A stretch of 32,000 bases of DNA from Ignavibacteriales bacterium (lineage in GTDB: Bacteria; Bacteroidota; Ignavibacteria; Ignavibacteriales; Melioribacteraceae), in NCBI GenBank assembly GCA_021740915.1, contig JAIOYW010000024.1, forward strand, positions 17,705-49,704, written 5' to 3'. The notes under the pieces are model-generated. The model did not search any database and was not told where the DNA came from. It saw only the letters and a list, made by a program, of their open reading frames with translations. Positions within the stretch are counted from its first letter, which is position 1; each line of letters opens with the position of its first letter. Position numbers and translations under genes: made by a program. Positions 1-9,736 of the stretch are shown here, piece after piece.

Positions 1-1119
1 TACAGCAATCTCCCCATAGATAAAGAAAACAACAAAGTGCTCTGGCTTCATTCCGATCAGAACGGCATTCAGCAATATGAAATAAAACCAGCGCTCATCA
101 ATTCAAAAAGCAACAATTATGTTGAATTCGTAAACAGACTCAATCTTGATGAAGGTGGGAAACGCCAGGCCGATTCGATCCTGCGCAGCTACAGGGAGGA
201 TGTGTATAAGTCGGTTCTTATAAACGATAACAATACTTATGCTGTGAATCCTGACCTTACGCTGCTGCATAAAGCGCTCAGGAGCGATCTTTTTAATTTC
301 GCCCTTAAGAGATCGGGTGACATTCCCCCGCCGCCTCCTCCCAAACCCGGGGAGCCGGGAATGGTGTTCTCTGTTTCAGCAGGGGAAAAGGATATTCAGG
401 AATTCAGGCGCTCTCTGGACAAAATGCAGGAATCCAAAGACCGGGAGTATATCTTTTTTACTCCGGATTCAATATTCAAGGGTATTTGTGTAATAAACGA
501 CAAATCTTTGAAAAAGGTTAAAAAGGACTTATCCGAAATAGAAAAAAAGATTCAGTATGAGTATCAGGTTAATTCCGGAAATGATCTTGCCATAAGGGTG
601 AAAGTGCCGAACAAGGTGAAACCCGGAAGCGACAGTCTTATGCTTATCTATACAACCAACGGTGTTCTTGAAAGGAGCGCTGCATTGCGTCCTGAATACT
701 TTGAAAAAATACGCGTGAAAAATCTTAATCAGATGACAGCAGGGGTTGACAGCGCTTTCAGAGAGATGATAATTCCGAAAACAAAAAAGGGGAGTAAGTC
801 TTTTGCTGTGACTGCTGAGGGTTATTCCTTTGTTTTTAATGGAGATGACGGTGATTTCTCGATGAATGTAATTGGACTTGATTCGCTTATCAATCCGGAA
901 TCAAGAATCAAATATCCTGCGGGAGTTAATATTTCATTTTCGGCAATTGATTCGCTTATTTCGGCGGTAGCCCTTTCAAAATCGGGTACGGGAAAATCAT
1001 CGGTTTCAATTGAGATTAAGGCGGAACTTGAAAAAGTGCAGGATCAGCTCCGGAAAGAAACAGAAAAACTAAAAGAATTGCAGAAATTGCAGGAATCCGG
1101 CAAAGCGGGTAAAAAATAG
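1..1119 (+). CDS. hypothetical protein, probably 5'-truncated by the window edge; proline-rich linker and C-terminal coiled coil
   Basis: Frame 1 is open from nt 1, and the track start at 37 is a GTG. Contains a PPPPPPKPGEPG linker and a Lys/Glu-rich heptad-like C-terminus (ELEKVQDQLRKETEKLKELQKLQE). No family recognised. Confidence 0.45.
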   Translation, partial: YSNLPIDKENNKVLWLHSDQNGIQQYEIKPALINSKSNNYVEFVNRLNLDEGGKRQADSILRSYREDVYKSVLINDNNTYAVNPDLTLLHKALRSDLFNFALKRSGDIPPPPPPKPGEPGMVFSVSAGEKDIQEFRRSLDKMQESKDREYIFFTPDSIFKGICVINDKSLKKVKKDLSEIEKKIQYEYQVNSGNDLAIRVKVPNKVKPGSDSLMLIYTTNGVLERSAALRPEYFEKIRVKNLNQMTAGVDSAFREMIIPKTKKGSKSFAVTAEGYSFVFNGDDGDFSMNVIGLDSLINPESRIKYPAGVNISFSAIDSLISAVALSKSGTGKSSVSIEIKAELEKVQDQLRKETEKLKELQKLQESGKAGKK

Positions 1120-1126
1120 GGCTTAA

Positions 1127-3187
1127 ATGATCAGTTATCTGGATAATATCGACTCCGCAAAAAAAATGATATATGCATTTTATGCTCTCGGGGTTCTTTT
1201 TGTATTCAAAGTCATATATCCTGCGGTCAGTGATACAAATATTACGCTATGGGTGTTAAACGAATTAATTGTGTTTACATCCTTTTTTGTTCTGTCATTT
1301 TCTTTCGATGAATATCTGGGATCCAAATCGAATTATCCGATCACGATAATTCTTACTGCCGGAATACTTACCGGGTTGCTTTTTGTGATAGTCTCGGTGA
1401 TCTCAGTTATCTTTGCAGAGGATGTAAGCTATTTCGATTCCGCCGGGGTTATTTCGAATATAGTTATAACACTGTTTAGTTTTTTGATTGCCGCTTCAGG
1501 AATATTTATTCTAATGGCTTTTAAAGGATTGTTCTACCTTAGGCAGAAAAAGGATCCGGCATCATTTTACTACACAATGATCATATTTTTTATTCTCAGC
1601 GGCATTTCAACCTCACTCAAAGAAATTGACGCAGGAATGAATTATGTTCATGATGCAATCTTTGTAGTAACAATTCTTTTGATACTGGTAAATTCCGTCC
1701 GCGTTGCATGGATTGCTTTCCTGCTTAAAAAGCAGAAAATAACGCTGCTCGGCATATCTATTATTATCTGCGCTCTTTCAGGGATAACATTCTCGTCAAC
1801 TCTTTCAGGCTCAGTTTTTTATGAGATCCTTTTCCGGTTTTCACCGGGACTCACCAATATTCTGAATCTGATAATGATATATGGCTGTATTTATTTCGGA
1901 GTAGTGTTTTTCACCGCTCTTTTCCATCTTCCGACTGCGGAAGCCTTCGACAGGAAAGCTCAGGAAGTATCCTCGATGATGGATCTCGGGAAACTAATCA
2001 CACAGGTTTTTGATTTCAGGGAACTTGCTGAAACTATAACGACAACCACAACGAAGGTATCGAATTCCGATGCAGCCTGGCTTGTTCTGCAAAATAGCGA
2101 AGCGCTCGATCTTGTTTCAGTTAACGGGATAGGGTATCTGGAGGCTGACGCACTTGCTAACGCCGTATGTAATACTGAAAACCGGGATTTAACCGAGCCG
2201 GTGATACTCGCTCCCGCTGCCTTAAGGAATTACCAGAGCAAAAATCCGAATCCCAATTTTTACAAGTCGCTTTCGGTTGCGCCCCTAAAAGTGCACGGCA
2301 AGGTGAGCGGATATCTTTTTGCTGCAAGGTCGCGGGACGTACCTTACGATGAAGAGGACAAAAAAGCTATAAGCGCATTTGCTGATTATGCTGCGCTTGC
2401 GGTTGAAAATGCAAAGCTGATCCAGGAATCCATTGAAAAGGAGAGGATGGAGAAAGAGCTTGACGTTGCCCGCGAAATTCAATACAAAATACTTCCGAGG
2501 GAAACTCCGAAGTGCGAGACTCTCGATATCTCCGCACTGTTTATTCCGGCTTTTGAAGTCGGGGGCGATTATTACGACTTTTTCTGTCTCGGTGATAAAA
2601 AGCTCGGTTTTGTGATTGCAGATGTTTCGGGAAAGGGTATTTCGGCGGCATTTGTGATGGCGGAAGTAAAAGGAATATTCGAATCATTATCGCAGCTTAA
2701 TCTCCGTCCGGCAGAGATTCTCAGAAGGGTGAACGAGATATTAAAAAAGAGCCTTGATAAAAAAACTTTTGTGACGGCGATTTATGGGATCATAGATACA
2801 AACACAGGAATTCTGAATTTTTCGAGGGCGGGACACACACCAACGCTCATCAGGCAGAACGGAACTGTGCAGAAACTTACACCGCCCGGTCTGGGACTTG
2901 GGTTCGATGGAGGAATAAATTTTAATGATTCAATAAAAGAGTTGGAAATTAAACTAAATTTTAACGATATTGTAATACTTTATACTGACGGTATTACAGA
3001 ATCTCAGAATGAACTGAATGAGGAATTCGGACTTAACCGGCTTGAGAAGATTCTCGAAGAAGATAATTCTGCAAGCATAGATCGGCTTTCGAATAAAATC
3101 ATGACAGAGGTTACAACATTTTCGTCGGGCAAGTCACAGCATGATGATATCACGCTTGTGATTTTCAAATGGATTTCAAAAAATTAA
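1127..3187 (+). CDS. polytopic membrane sensor with GAF domain and PP2C/SpoIIE-type serine phosphatase domain (RsbU-like)
   Basis: The N-terminal ~270 aa are hydrophobic with multiple TM segments. The C-terminal part has SpoIIE/PP2C motifs: REIQYKILP, EVGGDYYDF, ADVSGKGISAAF, NFSRAGHTP, LYTDGITE, HDDITLV. Confidence 0.85.
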   Translation: MISYLDNIDSAKKMIYAFYALGVLFVFKVIYPAVSDTNITLWVLNELIVFTSFFVLSFSFDEYLGSKSNYPITIILTAGILTGLLFVIVSVISVIFAEDVSYFDSAGVISNIVITLFSFLIAASGIFILMAFKGLFYLRQKKDPASFYYTMIIFFILSGISTSLKEIDAGMNYVHDAIFVVTILLILVNSVRVAWIAFLLKKQKITLLGISIIICALSGITFSSTLSGSVFYEILFRFSPGLTNILNLIMIYGCIYFGVVFFTALFHLPTAEAFDRKAQEVSSMMDLGKLITQVFDFRELAETITTTTTKVSNSDAAWLVLQNSEALDLVSVNGIGYLEADALANAVCNTENRDLTEPVILAPAALRNYQSKNPNPNFYKSLSVAPLKVHGKVSGYLFAARSRDVPYDEEDKKAISAFADYAALAVENAKLIQESIEKERMEKELDVAREIQYKILPRETPKCETLDISALFIPAFEVGGDYYDFFCLGDKKLGFVIADVSGKGISAAFVMAEVKGIFESLSQLNLRPAEILRRVNEILKKSLDKKTFVTAIYGIIDTNTGILNFSRAGHTPTLIRQNGTVQKLTPPGLGLGFDGGINFNDSIKELEIKLNFNDIVILYTDGITESQNELNEEFGLNRLEKILEEDNSASIDRLSNKIMTEVTTFSSGKSQHDDITLVIFKWISKN

Positions 3188-3203
3188 TGTGCGGAGTAAA
3201 TTA

Positions 3204-3551
3204 ATGGCAGATTTCAACATCAACGTAAGAGGAGTTGGATCTGTAGATGTTATTGACCTTCACGGTTATCTGGATGCTCATACTGCTCCTGATCTTGAGA
3301 ATGCTTTCAACAGACTGATCAACGACGGAAAATATAAAGTCGTTGTTAATTTTGATCATCTCAAGTACATCAGCAGCGCCGGTCTTGGCGTTTTTATGGC
3401 ATACGTCGAAACAATGAGGGACAATAAAGGCGATATCAAGTTCTCGAACATGAAAGAGAACGTCTATAATATTTTCGACCTTCTCGGCTTTCCTATGCTC
3501 TATGAATTCTTTGAAAAAGAGCACGAAGCTGTTAACAAATTCACGGATTAG
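3204..3551 (+). CDS. STAS-domain anti-sigma-factor antagonist (SpoIIAA/RsbV-like)
   Basis: Small protein with LKYISSAGLGVF, the conserved phosphorylatable Ser-Gly-Leu-Gly region of STAS antagonists. ATG at 3204 is preferred over GTG at 3189 because GGAG lies 7 nt upstream. Confidence 0.85.
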   Translation: MADFNINVRGVGSVDVIDLHGYLDAHTAPDLENAFNRLINDGKYKVVVNFDHLKYISSAGLGVFMAYVETMRDNKGDIKFSNMKENVYNIFDLLGFPMLYEFFEKEHEAVNKFTD

Positions 3552-3559
3552 GTGCGGTT

Positions 3560-3994
3560 TTGAATTACAGCGACAGCAAATATTACCGTGAGATTTCCGT
3601 CCGGAGCAATACGGAGAATCTCCTGAAGATCAGGAATTTTGTCCGGGATGGTGCGCTTGCGCTCGGCTTTACGGAAGAAGTTGTAGGAAATATTACGCTT
3701 GCTGTCGATGAAGCATCTACAAATATCATCAAACACGCATACAAATATTCGCCTGAAGGTGAGATAATCATTCAGACGGATTTTGCCGATAAAAAATATA
3801 TAATCAAAATCATCGATGCCGGAAATCATTTCGACCCGACATCAGTTCCGGTGCCTGACCTTAAAGAATACCACAAGCAGAAAAAAGTGGGCGGGCTTGG
3901 TATGTTTCTTATGAAAAAACTGATGGACGAAGTGGTGTATGATAATCCCGATGAAAGAATGAACCAGGTGACTCTGGTCAAATACTTAACCTGA
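3560..3994 (+). CDS. anti-sigma regulatory factor, serine protein kinase (RsbW/SpoIIAB-like, HATPase_c)
   Basis: Has an N-box (DEASTNIIKHAY), G1-like IDAGNHFDP and G2-like GGLGMFLMKKLMDEV. It sits directly after the STAS gene. The start is an uncertain TTG at 3560. Confidence 0.8.
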   Translation: MNYSDSKYYREISVRSNTENLLKIRNFVRDGALALGFTEEVVGNITLAVDEASTNIIKHAYKYSPEGEIIIQTDFADKKYIIKIIDAGNHFDPTSVPVPDLKEYHKQKKVGGLGMFLMKKLMDEVVYDNPDERMNQVTLVKYLT

Positions 3995-3996
3995 CG

Positions 3997-5667
3997 ATGC
4001 TGAATACCGGTACTAATTCCGCTATGGCAGAATTTTCCGCCCTGGTTGATTTTAGTAAACTCATCAACTCCAGCCTCGATCTCAGTTTATCGTTGAATAA
4101 TATCCTCCTGACCTCTCTCAGCAAATTTCACACAACAAGAGGGCTGATAGCCCTGACCGACAAAAATTCACAGCTTATAGTCAAAGCCTCGAAAGGATTT
4201 ACTCCGCAATTACTGGAACAGTTTCCAAAAGTAAGTATTCATCAGTGCAGCGACCATGAAGCATTTGCAGCTTTTATGCAAAACACAAGGACTGTTGTCT
4301 GCCGCGAGATAAGTTTTTCAGGGGAAAACAGAGGTGTAATTATTCTCGGTTCAAGACTTGGCGGGAATGAATACACGAATTCCGATCTCGAATTTTTAGA
4401 TACCCTTCTGAATCTTGGCGCTTCAGCAATTGAAAATTCTCTGAACTTTGAGGAGATGAAAAGACTCAACAAAGATCTGGATACAAGGATTAATCAGTTA
4501 AGTTCTCTTTTTGATCTCGGAAAAGAATTCTCAGGCATTCTCGAGGTTTCAACCGTTACAAGGCTTCTTACGTTTTCAATAATCGGGCAGCTTCTCGTTT
4601 CGAAGTATGCAATCATTACTTTCGGGCAGGACGGATATAATGTGCTCGATACAAAAATTCAGGCTGATCTTCTCGAAAACTGGCTTGGAAGGATTAAACC
4701 GGAAGATATCACCGAACCTTTGAGCCTTGACTCCGCAGGGATTGATCTTCCCGAAAAAGTTGAGCTTGTTATTCCTATGCAGATCAAAGGAGAAACGAAG
4801 GGTATAATTCTTCTGGGTAAGAGGATAAACGGCAAGGAATTCAGCCGGACAGATATTGAATTTGCTTATTCAGTCGGCAGCCTTGCAATAATATCGATTG
4901 AGAACAGCAGACTTTTTCAGGAGGCGCTGGAGAAACAAAGGCTGGAAAAAGACCTTGAGATTGCAAGGAATATTCAGCAGAATCTTCTGCCTAAGAAATT
5001 GCCGAGAATGAAAAAATTTGAGATTGCATCTTATAATAAAAGCGCAAGGCAGGTAGGCGGCGATTATTTTGATGTTATTAAGCTTGATTCTGCAAGGACT
5101 CTTATCGCAATTGCAGATGTTTCGGGTAAAGGAGTGCAGGCTGCACTTTTGATGGCAAATCTTCAGGCTTTCCTTAAATCGATGTGTAAAAAATTCGGTG
5201 AGATAAGTGAAGCAACCGGACTCATTAATGACCTGGTAACTGAAAATATTATCATCGGAAGTTTTATAACATTTTTCTGGGGGATTCTGGATGAGGAAAA
5301 TTCTACATTCACTTATGTGAATGCCGGGCATAATCCACCGCTCCTGCTGAGAGAAGGCACAATAACAAAATTAAAATTGGGCGGAATGATACTCGGAATA
5401 ATTCCGACGATGGCTCCTTATGCACTTGAAACCGTAGAACTTAAACCCGGTGACGCTCTGCTGCTATTCACCGACGGGGTTACTGAGGCAATGAGCGCCG
5501 GGGGGGTTGAGTATTCTGACGAAAGGCTTGAAGAGTTGCTTATCAACTATTCTCCAAATTCCACGAGCAGCGAACTTATTGAAAAAATAAAATCGGACAT
5601 TGAACTATTCACCAGAGGCGCAGTTCAGTCCGATGATATTACCATGCTGGCAATGAAGGCATTATGA
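3997..5667 (+). CDS. cytoplasmic tandem-GAF PP2C/SpoIIE-type phosphatase
   Basis: No TM segments. The C-terminal domain has ARNIQQNLLP, QVGGDYFDV, ADVSGKGVQAAL, NAGHNPP, LFTDGVTE, SDDITMLA. Two GAF-like regions lie upstream. Confidence 0.85.
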   Translation: MLNTGTNSAMAEFSALVDFSKLINSSLDLSLSLNNILLTSLSKFHTTRGLIALTDKNSQLIVKASKGFTPQLLEQFPKVSIHQCSDHEAFAAFMQNTRTVVCREISFSGENRGVIILGSRLGGNEYTNSDLEFLDTLLNLGASAIENSLNFEEMKRLNKDLDTRINQLSSLFDLGKEFSGILEVSTVTRLLTFSIIGQLLVSKYAIITFGQDGYNVLDTKIQADLLENWLGRIKPEDITEPLSLDSAGIDLPEKVELVIPMQIKGETKGIILLGKRINGKEFSRTDIEFAYSVGSLAIISIENSRLFQEALEKQRLEKDLEIARNIQQNLLPKKLPRMKKFEIASYNKSARQVGGDYFDVIKLDSARTLIAIADVSGKGVQAALLMANLQAFLKSMCKKFGEISEATGLINDLVTENIIIGSFITFFWGILDEENSTFTYVNAGHNPPLLLREGTITKLKLGGMILGIIPTMAPYALETVELKPGDALLLFTDGVTEAMSAGGVEYSDERLEELLINYSPNSTSSELIEKIKSDIELFTRGAVQSDDITMLAMKAL

Positions 5668-8225
5668 TTAAACACATACAGAATTTTTTTGTACAGTTTT
5701 CCAAACCGATAACAATCGGGCTTACAGTATTCCTGCTCTTTTTTGGAGCGGCGAATTTTTACTTTGTTCTGGAGATTACTCCGCATCCCAACGATGAATG
5801 TCTATGGGTGATGAAAAAGGATACCACAGCCAAAAAGCCCGTTTTTGTCTTCGAACAGGTAAAAGTTAACGGGGTTACCTGGGAAGCAGGTATAAGGGAT
5901 GGCGATAAACTGCATAATATAAACGGAGTCCGCACGACTTCGGCAACGGCTGCAAACAGAGCTTATGCAAAACGCACAGATGGTATTGCCGTTTATACCG
6001 TATCGAGAAACGGGAAGGTTTTTGACACAGAAGTAAGGATAAAACCGCTCATAAAGTTCGGCACGCTCGGTGTTGTACTTCTTTCTTTTTTATGGCTTCT
6101 CGTAAGTTTTTTTGTTGTGATGGGAAAAAGGGAAGGTGAGACACAAAAGCTCTTTTACCGGGTCGGGGCAGCATTTATTATGTATGCAGGATTTGCGCTG
6201 TTAGAAAACACGAATTCTGTCAATCCGCTATATTCAATTCCGCTGTTTCTTGTTGCACTCGATTTTCTGCTGACACCAGGCAGTGTATTCCTGCCTTTTT
6301 TCCTGATGCACTTTTTTATGAGTTTCCCTGTAAGAATGGAAAGCCTGAATAAAAAATCAACCTTCCACGTTTTATACGGTATCCCGTGGTTTTTGCTTGC
6401 ACTGGAAATAGTATCCAAATTCTGGGTGCTCATAGTCGATCCGCAGAATTATTACCAGATCATCAGCATGGTGTTTTTTGCTATTAATACATTTTTCCTT
6501 GTAATTGCTGCAATTACAAGTTATGTGTTCTTAATAAAGGGCTACCGGTCACTCGAAGGCAAAAACAAAAAAGCAGTTTCAATCATTTTAGCAGCCTACA
6601 CAATTTGTATTCTTACTCTTATTTATATAATATTTATTGCAAATGTACTTGCGCAGAATGCTTATAATGATCCGCAGTATTTTGCCCCGATAATCCTGAT
6701 TGCAATTGTTCCGGTGGCGTTCGGCTATTCAGTTTTTAAGTACTCGCTGATGGATATCAGCGATATATTCAAAAATGCGGTTATATACGGCACTGCCACA
6801 ATTTCGCTTGCCGGGCTGTATTTTTTGTTAATATATCTTGCCGGGCAGTCAATCAGTTCGGCAGTTGCACCGGAATACCAGGGTATTATTGCAGTTTTTG
6901 TATTTATTCTTTTCGCAATGATCTTTCAGTCAACAAAGGATAAATTCCAGAACTACCTGACGAAGAAGTTTTACCCGGAGCAGTTTGCATACAGACAGGT
7001 GATCTATGATTTCAGCGGCAAGGTGGCTTCAATTGTCGGGCAGGAAAATATTATCAATACTATCCGCGAGACTTTTGTAAGCTCACTTAAACTGAATACA
7101 TTTGGTGTCCTTTTAGCCGGAGAAGAAGGTAAATATAATTTATCGGGTGTGGAGGGAATATCTGCCGATATCAGCCAGACTGTTGTTGAAACCGAATTGC
7201 TTAAAGAGTATATCGGAACGAAAAGAAATCTCAATCAGCTTCCGGTTATTGAGCAGTCCGATTTCGGTAAGTTTTTGCCGGATTTCGCTGATATCCTGAT
7301 CCGGAATAATGTTTTCACTGTAATTCCGCTTGTTATCAAAAACAATATTACAGGATTTCTGCTTTTCGGACTGAAATATTCCGGAACTCATTTTGCAGGA
7401 CAGGATCTCCAGTTACTCGTATCTGCTGCCAATCACATTGGCGTTGCATTGGAAAATGCGCGGCTTTATGAAGCTGAAGCGGCAAAATTCAGACTTGAAA
7501 GCGATTTGGAACATGCGAGGAAGATACAGGAAAGTCTTCTGCCGAAAATAATCCCTCATTTCAGCGGTGCGGAAGTTTCGGGTGTTATGATCCCTGCGAT
7601 GCAAGTTGGAGGCGATTATTACGATTTTGTCCCGATTGAAGGGCAAAGGCTGTTTATTGTTAACAGTGATGTTGCGGGCAAGGGTTTATCAGCATCATTC
7701 TATATGTCCAAACTTCAGACGATGATCAGGCTTTTCTGCATCGACGGCAAAAAGCCGGGGGAAATACTTTCTACTATAAACAGAAATCTTTTCGGCGTTA
7801 TTGAAAAGAGTTCTTTTATCACTGCATCATTATGTCTTTTTGATTTCAGCCGGAAGCAGCTTTTTTACTGCAGGGCAGGGCATACTCCTCTGCTTCGTAT
7901 TTCGGGAGGCAGAGCAGAATTGCTGCGCGGTGAGGGTATCGGGCTGGGACTTGAAAAGGGTCTGATCTTTGAGAAATCCTTGCAGGAAAATGAGATCGCA
8001 CTAAATTCCGGCGATATATTTATTATGTATTCCGATGGGATTGAGGAAGCGATAAATCACAATTATGAATTTTATGGAACTGAGAGATTAATTGCAAAAA
8101 GCGCTGAGGTGAGCGGAAGGAGCGCAGAGGAGATAAAAATGGCTATCCTTACGGATGTGGATGATTTCCGGAAAGGGGCTCCTCAAAATGATGATATCAC
8201 TCTTGTCGTAGTCAAAATTATATAA
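5664..8225 (+). CDS. PDZ / polytopic-membrane / GAF / PP2C(SpoIIE-type) phosphatase
   Basis: ATGA overlap with the upstream gene. N-terminal TM segment, then a PDZ-like segment (GIRDGDKLHNINGV), about 9 hydrophobic segments and a GAF-like region. PP2C motifs follow: ARKIQESLLP, QVGGDYYDF, SDVAGKGLSASF, RAGHTP, MYSDGIEE, NDDITLVV. Confidence 0.85.
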   Translation: MIKHIQNFFVQFSKPITIGLTVFLLFFGAANFYFVLEITPHPNDECLWVMKKDTTAKKPVFVFEQVKVNGVTWEAGIRDGDKLHNINGVRTTSATAANRAYAKRTDGIAVYTVSRNGKVFDTEVRIKPLIKFGTLGVVLLSFLWLLVSFFVVMGKREGETQKLFYRVGAAFIMYAGFALLENTNSVNPLYSIPLFLVALDFLLTPGSVFLPFFLMHFFMSFPVRMESLNKKSTFHVLYGIPWFLLALEIVSKFWVLIVDPQNYYQIISMVFFAINTFFLVIAAITSYVFLIKGYRSLEGKNKKAVSIILAAYTICILTLIYIIFIANVLAQNAYNDPQYFAPIILIAIVPVAFGYSVFKYSLMDISDIFKNAVIYGTATISLAGLYFLLIYLAGQSISSAVAPEYQGIIAVFVFILFAMIFQSTKDKFQNYLTKKFYPEQFAYRQVIYDFSGKVASIVGQENIINTIRETFVSSLKLNTFGVLLAGEEGKYNLSGVEGISADISQTVVETELLKEYIGTKRNLNQLPVIEQSDFGKFLPDFADILIRNNVFTVIPLVIKNNITGFLLFGLKYSGTHFAGQDLQLLVSAANHIGVALENARLYEAEAAKFRLESDLEHARKIQESLLPKIIPHFSGAEVSGVMIPAMQVGGDYYDFVPIEGQRLFIVNSDVAGKGLSASFYMSKLQTMIRLFCIDGKKPGEILSTINRNLFGVIEKSSFITASLCLFDFSRKQLFYCRAGHTPLLRISGGRAELLRGEGIGLGLEKGLIFEKSLQENEIALNSGDIFIMYSDGIEEAINHNYEFYGTERLIAKSAEVSGRSAEEIKMAILTDVDDFRKGAPQNDDITLVVVKII

Positions 8226-8240
8226 CACAAATTATAAATA

Positions 8241-8870
8241 ATGAAATTATCAATAATACTGCTGATACTGATCGCTGTTTTTTCCATTCTCAGCATTTAT
8301 GGAAAATACAAGTCGAAAAAGCTTCTTATAATATTCAAACCGCTTGCGATAATTTCAATAGTTCTGCTTTATGTTTTATCCGCACCATTCTCAAGAGGGA
8401 TGGCAGAAGTATTTGTGTTTGTCGGGCTTTGTTTTGCGATTATGGGTGATATTATGCTGCTGATGCCCGAAGAAAAATTTGTTGACGGTCTTTCGTTTTT
8501 TGCTCTGACACATATATTCTATTCCGGCGCATTCATTTTTATGGGGGGATTTCCTGACCTGTATATTCTGGCAGTCTTTTTTGCCTTCGGACTTGCAGTA
8601 TATTTCAAACTGCACAAAAAACTGGGAAAACTGAAACTGCCTGTATTCGTTTACACTCTGCTCATATCTCTTATGGCTGCGAGCGCTTTCCACCTTATCG
8701 GGGCAACCTATGCAGCATATAGTCTTATGATTTTCGCGGGGGCAGCACTCTTTATGATATCAGATCTGATCCTTGCGGTAAATAAATTCGCAATGCCATT
8801 CGCTTCAGCCGAAATACTTATTCTTTCAACATATTTCCTCGGTCAAACACTTATTGCATTTGCATTCTGA
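8241..8870 (+). CDS. yhhN: YhhN-family (lysoplasmalogenase-like) integral membrane protein
   Basis: About 209 aa and almost entirely TM helices. Family-like motifs are IMGDIMLL and FMISDLILAVNKF. Confidence 0.7.
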   Translation: MKLSIILLILIAVFSILSIYGKYKSKKLLIIFKPLAIISIVLLYVLSAPFSRGMAEVFVFVGLCFAIMGDIMLLMPEEKFVDGLSFFALTHIFYSGAFIFMGGFPDLYILAVFFAFGLAVYFKLHKKLGKLKLPVFVYTLLISLMAASAFHLIGATYAAYSLMIFAGAALFMISDLILAVNKFAMPFASAEILILSTYFLGQTLIAFAF

Positions 8871-8953
8871 GCCTGGCGGCTTTTCGCGCTTAAGAGCAGG
8901 CGGCAGCCCTGTTGGATTAATGCATTATTTCATCAGCCGTGAAATTTATCATC

Positions 8954-9547
8954 TCACGAGTTCGCAGGATTGTTTTTGATATATTCCGAAATGTTCCGGT
9001 ATGCCTGTCCATCGCGGATAATGTGCTGGTAATAATTCCGCTGCCACAATTTACCCATTGTTTCATTTTGGAATTTGTAAATCTCCAAACAACTATTTGC
9101 CACCAATGATTTGTATGCCCCAACAATATTTGATACTGTGGGGGCAGGGCTTGCCCCTGCCCTAATATCTCCGGCATTTTGTTCTATGGTGTTTTGTTGA
9201 TTGCCATCATTCGGCGTGGATCCGGTATTCGGGGTAACATCATCATTCGGGGCAACCGCGAGGGTTGCCCCTCCGGTTTGTAAAAATATGATTCCATGCA
9301 TGTGGTTTGGCATTATTTGAAACACATCCAATTTAAAATTGGGAAACCGGTCGGGTAATTTTATCCATTCATTGTATGCCACCATACCATATTCATTCAA
9401 AATCATTTCCATGTTTTCCACATGGCCGAAACGGCATATCCTGTCCTGGCAGCAGATTGTTATGAAATATAATCCCGCCCGGGAATAATCATATCCTTTC
9501 AGACGGATACTTCGGCGGTGATGAATAAAGGGGTTGAATTTATTCAT
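8954..9547 (-). CDS. IS200/IS605-superfamily Y1 (HUH) transposase, REP-associated tyrosine transposase (RAYT)-like, solo
   Basis: N-terminus is RRSIRLKGYDYSRAGLYFITICC. The HUH motif is in MPNHMHGII and the catalytic-Tyr region is WQRNYYQHIIRD. There is no adjacent tnpB and no recognisable IS ends. Confidence 0.75.
   Translation of the reverse strand: MNKFNPFIHHRRSIRLKGYDYSRAGLYFITICCQDRICRFGHVENMEMILNEYGMVAYNEWIKLPDRFPNFKLDVFQIMPNHMHGIIFLQTGGATLAVAPNDDVTPNTGSTPNDGNQQNTIEQNAGDIRAGASPAPTVSNIVGAYKSLVANSCLEIYKFQNETMGKLWQRNYYQHIIRDGQAYRNISEYIKNNPANS
9142..9162. repeat. perfect GC-rich hairpin inside the transposase CDS (8-bp stem GGGCAGGG/CCCTGCCC, 5-nt loop)
   Basis: Read directly: 9142-9149 pairs with 9155-9162. 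On the minus strand it encodes AGASPAP. Confidence 0.8.
9249..9271. repeat. perfect GC-rich hairpin inside the transposase CDS (9-bp stem GGGGCAACC/GGTTGCCCC, 5-nt loop)
   Basis: Read directly: 9249-9257 pairs with 9263-9271. On the minus strand it encodes GATLAVAP. It shares the GGGGCA...TGCCCC stem base with the 9142 hairpin. Confidence 0.8.
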
Positions 9548-9736
9548 GGGGATTGTTTGAATTGCACCTGATTTCCCTTATCCAAAGTAGTTAATCCATT
9601 TTTAAAGTATTTTGCTCTGGACAATATATAATTCCGATTTACTCTCCACTTCTTCATATTTGCAATGGACATGAAAGAATCATGCTCATCAGAGCAGAAA
9701 AATCAGAATCCTGAATATTCAAAAATATAAGGCATT

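Noticed and set aside
3201-3524. 107-aa ORF antisense to the whole STAS gene, and similar antisense or overlapping ORFs: 2285-2482, 3548-3829, 4242-4472, 4870-5331, 6155-6433, 7004-7646, 8391-8693
   Set aside because: They lie entirely inside well-supported phosphatase/STAS/kinase/YhhN genes on the opposite strand. They have no recognisable motifs and no start context. They are most simply explained by chance open frames opposite real genes.
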